A stretch of DNA of 64,000 bases. It comes from Gammaproteobacteria bacterium (lineage in GTDB: Bacteria; Pseudomonadota; Gammaproteobacteria; G965277405). Both the position numbers and the translations under genes were made by a program. The notes beneath the pieces are model-generated. The model did no database searches and was not told the DNA's origin. It saw only the letters and a list, made by a program, of their open reading frames with translations. Shown here one piece after another: positions 60,917 to 64,000 of this stretch (position 1 is the first letter of the stretch; each line of letters begins with the position of its first letter). The stretch covers positions 1,536,001-1,600,000 of the forward strand of contig OZ255726.1 in assembly GCA_965277405.1 (NCBI GenBank). The letters are read 5' to 3'.

Positions 60917-62629
60917 CTAACGGCTGCGATTTACTGGATTATTTTGCTTGCGCCTGCGGCGTTGTTGTTGCGTCTGTCTTTTGTTACGGTTTTGTTGTTG
61001 CATTGGTTTTGGCGGCGTTTTCTCTGCAGAAAACAGTGATTGTAATACACGGATGAACGCAGATGATGGCTTGACAACCTTGATGCTACTATTATCAATT
61101 TTAGGCTTCATATGGCGATGAATGGTATTGCGTAAGGCGGCGTTGACGTCTGCTGTATGTAATTCAACGTGGGTATTATTGCTAATCACAAACGATTTAT
61201 TGTCTTCGTCAATCCGCGTGATTTCAAACCACGGCGGGAGCATTTCAGCAGATGGTAGAATAATAATGCTCAGGCTAAATACATTTTCTAGTTCAGCAAT
61301 TTGTTCCTTCTTCTCATTTAAAATATACGTTGCGGTGCTCAACGGTAACGATGCCCGTAGTTGTGCTACTTTATCTTTACATGCCTGCTCTTGCAGAATA
61401 CGAATAATGGAGAGCGCAAATGATTCTGTACTGCGTATAAAGCCATTACCGTGGCAACGTGGACAACTCATTGTTGTCGATTCCGACAAAGAAGAACGGA
61501 GGCGTTGCCGTGACATCTCTAATAAACCAAATTTGGATATACCGCCAATTTGAATGCGGGCACGATCAATTTTTAAGGCGCTTTGTAGCGTGTCTTCAAC
61601 GATTTTTTGATTCTTGGTTTGCGTCATATCAATGAAGTCAATAATGATGAGTCCGCCAATATCGCGCAGCCTGAGTTGACGTGCTATTTCTACTGCAGCC
61701 TCAACGTTGGTTTGCAAGGCTGTATCTTCAATGCTTTTTCCTTTGGTTGCTCGTGATGAGTTGATATCTATTGCGACAAGTGCCTCTGTGGTGTCAATTA
61801 TAAGGGATCCACCAGAAGGGAGTTGTACTTCACGGAGAAAAGCAGTGTTGAACTGCTCTTCTATTTGATGCCGAGAGAATAAAGGAATTAATTCGTCGTC
61901 ATACAGCTTTATCCGCTCACGCAAACTGGAATGGAGTTTTGACACTTGCTCAATCATTTCTGCGTATATTGTCGGGTCGTCAATAATACATTCTTCGACA
62001 TCGTCAAAGAAGTAATCACGAATAACACGGCTGACTAAATTATTCTCTTGATAAATTAAGCAAGGTTTGTCTTGTTGTGCTGCGACATCTTGTATGGTCT
62101 GCCAAAGCGCCCCAAGGTAGTTAAGGTCAACAGTAATATCACCAATAGGTCGATCCAAGCCTGCGGTTCGCATGATAATGCTAGCACCACTAGGGACGGT
62201 AAGTTGTGCAATAATCGACTTCATTGCTTGACGATCATGCTCTGATACCCGACGGCTGATACCGCCACCATTTGGCTTATTCCCTAAAAACACTAAATAT
62301 CGACCTGCTAAAGAGATATATGTAGTGAGTGCTGCTCCTTTAGTGGCACGTTCCTCTTTTTCTACTTGGACAAGTATTTTTTGACCTTCTTGGATATCAG
62401 CAATGTTGGCGATATCTTTAAATGGTAAAAAACCATGTTTTTCTGTGCCAAAATTAACAAACGCAGCATCGAGGCTGTTTTCAATACGGGTAATAATGCC
62501 GACATAAACGCTTGATTTTATCTGGTACTTACGTGCTGACTCTATTTCGACATCATACAGCCAATTGTCTTCGACTAAAGCAACACGTTGCTCTTCGCTG
62601 TGTGTTGCATTGATAAGAATTTTTTTCAT
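60917..62629 (-). CDS. rne: Ribonuclease E with a short C-terminal region
   Basis: MKKILINATHSEEQRVA, AIDINSSRAT, ARQLRLRDIGGLIIIDFIDM and the CPRC Zn-link; amphipathic SAFIRVLQSLFS followed by an Arg-rich tail. Confidence 0.93.
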   Translation of the reverse strand: MKKILINATHSEEQRVALVEDNWLYDVEIESARKYQIKSSVYVGIITRIENSLDAAFVNFGTEKHGFLPFKDIANIADIQEGQKILVQVEKEERATKGAALTTYISLAGRYLVFLGNKPNGGGISRRVSEHDRQAMKSIIAQLTVPSGASIIMRTAGLDRPIGDITVDLNYLGALWQTIQDVAAQQDKPCLIYQENNLVSRVIRDYFFDDVEECIIDDPTIYAEMIEQVSKLHSSLRERIKLYDDELIPLFSRHQIEEQFNTAFLREVQLPSGGSLIIDTTEALVAIDINSSRATKGKSIEDTALQTNVEAAVEIARQLRLRDIGGLIIIDFIDMTQTKNQKIVEDTLQSALKIDRARIQIGGISKFGLLEMSRQRLRSSLSESTTMSCPRCHGNGFIRSTESFALSIIRILQEQACKDKVAQLRASLPLSTATYILNEKKEQIAELENVFSLSIIILPSAEMLPPWFEITRIDEDNKSFVISNNTHVELHTADVNAALRNTIHRHMKPKIDNSSIKVVKPSSAFIRVLQSLFSAEKTPPKPMQQQNRNKRQTQQQRRRRKQNNPVNRSR

Positions 62630-63220
62630 AAAGGGTCTCCATTAAAAACCCTCTGTAACGGTGCAAAACGTTTGTTTGGTAATACCTATCTACAAAAACA
62701 AATACTGCTGAGCCTATTAAGACCCTGGTCATTTTTGCAGTATTATTCAAACCATTAAGTAACATTGAATATGTAAATTGAAGTGATAAACATCAAGGTG
62801 TTTAGATAGAAAGGTAGGATGTGTGTGTATTATATTTATTTCCCAAACAACGACTCATCCATACGAGGGTGTTGAAAATACTACTAATTTGGTTTGCAAA
62901 TACCTGTCTTGTGAATCTTTAAAAGCCAGTTACTTGCATCGTGCAGCGTACTGCGAACGAGGCATAGCCAGTATTCACGCGAATGCATTGATGGTGTTCG
63001 TAAGTCATATAAAAATTGGTAGCATATAAATCCTATTCAAGGATATAAGCCAAAATTTATGGCTTCTTTGAAACATCATTGCATGGTGATCATTCAATAT
63101 TTGCTACAAAATGTATTCGGACAGTGCTTCTTGTGTGATAAGAGTGCAAAGACATTTTCACTATTGTACGCTATAAACCGGTTGAACGGTTATGTAATAA
63201 TCAAATATTCGCACCTTAGA

Positions 63221-63480
63221 TGTCAAAACTACACACGTTGTTTACAAAAACCAACAATTCTAGCAGTTGGTGGTAGATTCCATAAAGCGGAATGTGTGCG
63301 ACTGAGGTTATAGCTGTTAAGATATTTTGGAAGAGCTTTGTTGCGTTCATCACTTGGTTGCTATGGCTGCGAAAACGCCCATTCCTTGCTAAGCGTTTGT
63401 ATAATCCTTGCTGCTTTTCCGTTGGTCTGAGGCCTGTATGGTTTGGTAAAAACGTGCTTGATTTGACATGCATCAAGATA
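63221..63480 (-). mobile_element. IS481-family transposase 3' relic with its terminal end
   Basis: The minus strand translates as IKHVFTKPYRPQTNGKAARIIQTLSKEWAFSQP*...ERNKALPKYLNSYNLSRTHSAL..LPP. It ends ...AACAACGTGTGTAGTTTTGACA followed by TCTA, matching IS481-type TGT...ACA ends. Confidence 0.8.
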
Positions 63481-63700
63481 TCTATTAACGAACTTTGATC
63501 AATATGCAGGTCCGTTGTCTGTCATCTAGAGAGGAAAAGCAGGGGCAGGGCTTGCCGTGGCTGTTTGTATCTGAGCAAGGGACTAGCTTTTACCGTGACA
63601 GCATCAACTAAATTGTGACTGCCAGCTACAAGAGGGCATGGTTACGGTTATGCTCTGAATAATAAGGGGTATGATGTACGTGTAGTTCAAGACTATCTAG
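63481..63700 (+). pseudogene. FimB/FimE-like tyrosine recombinase relic, interrupted by IS5
   Basis: LPWLFVSEQG (from 63552) is followed by an in-frame stop. A different frame then gives HGYGYALNNKGYDVRVVQDYLG (from 63637), compared with FimB-type RH.CG.ALA..G.DTR.IQDYLGH. Confidence 0.72.
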
Positions 63701-63951
63701 GGAAGCTCTGATTAAGTCCCAAGCAACAGCAATATCAGCTAGAAAGATATACAATGGTGAATCTATTTGAATATTTGAATAAGCGGATAATCTTATGAAA
63801 CAAACAACTTTTGCCAGTGCTGCATACGACCACAAGAAAGTAACAACGAAACCAAAAAAAATTCTTGCAGTTAATGGACAAATTAGCTCCATGGCAACAG
63901 TTGTTAGAGTTAATAGAACCGCATTATCCCAAGAAAGGTATGTGGGATTAA
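63701..63951 (+). mobile_element. IS5-family element left end plus a frameshifted, truncated transposase
   Basis: CTAG then GGAAGCTCTGATTAAGTCC. ATG 63795 gives MKQTTFASAAYDHKK; an A8 run (63854-63861) shifts the frame, after which FLQLMDKLAPWQQLLELIEPHYPKKG matches the IS5-group N-terminal signature. Stop at 63949-63951. Confidence 0.85.
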
Positions 63952-64000
63952 ATGGAAAAGTCTTTTATTGGAAAAGACTAAACCTATTGATAATGTAAAA

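Noticed and set aside
44537-61056. Similar small ORFs at 44537-44773, 57074-57298, 57096-57335, 60651-60920 and 60736-61056 considered as a small-protein or toxin family
   Set aside because: They are translations of the MITE; frames, starts and stops are not conserved between copies.
63854-63861. A8 run considered as a programmed frameshift site of an active transposase
   Set aside because: The shifted frame stops at 63949-63951, long before any DDE domain, so the element is a relic either way; a homopolymer sequencing error is also possible.

Overview
Bacterial genomic window, probably a gammaproteobacterium; a host-associated, rearranged genome is inferred. Bases 1-38469 hold two tandem, co-oriented giant ORFs 12 bp apart. 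The first is open from before base 1 (>3780 aa). The second is 9036 aa and starts with a lipoprotein signal (LSA-C32). They look like collinear paralogues that share an Ig-like stalk but have different C-terminal tips, and neither shows a recognisable T1SS, autotransporter or T9SS signal. Bases 38.6-62.6 kb carry shuffled housekeeping genes: a GT2, psuG/psuK, a GS-like ligase, argG, rnhB, an FNR, coq7, DUF1624, dprA, an Fe-ADH, an orphan rnfG, nrdBA with tandem NrdR boxes, a HAD-IB hydrolase, argF, DUF3131, greA and a short rne. A ~280-bp structured MITE family is scattered through this region. It has GGAAGCTCTGATTAA terminal repeats and a CTAA target duplication, and sits mostly at gene 3' ends; one copy rewrote the C-terminus of ArgF. 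Its likely parent, a frameshifted IS5-family element with the same end, lies at the right edge, inserted in a FimB-like recombinase relic next to an IS481 relic. All domain and family calls are by-eye motif recognition, not database results.
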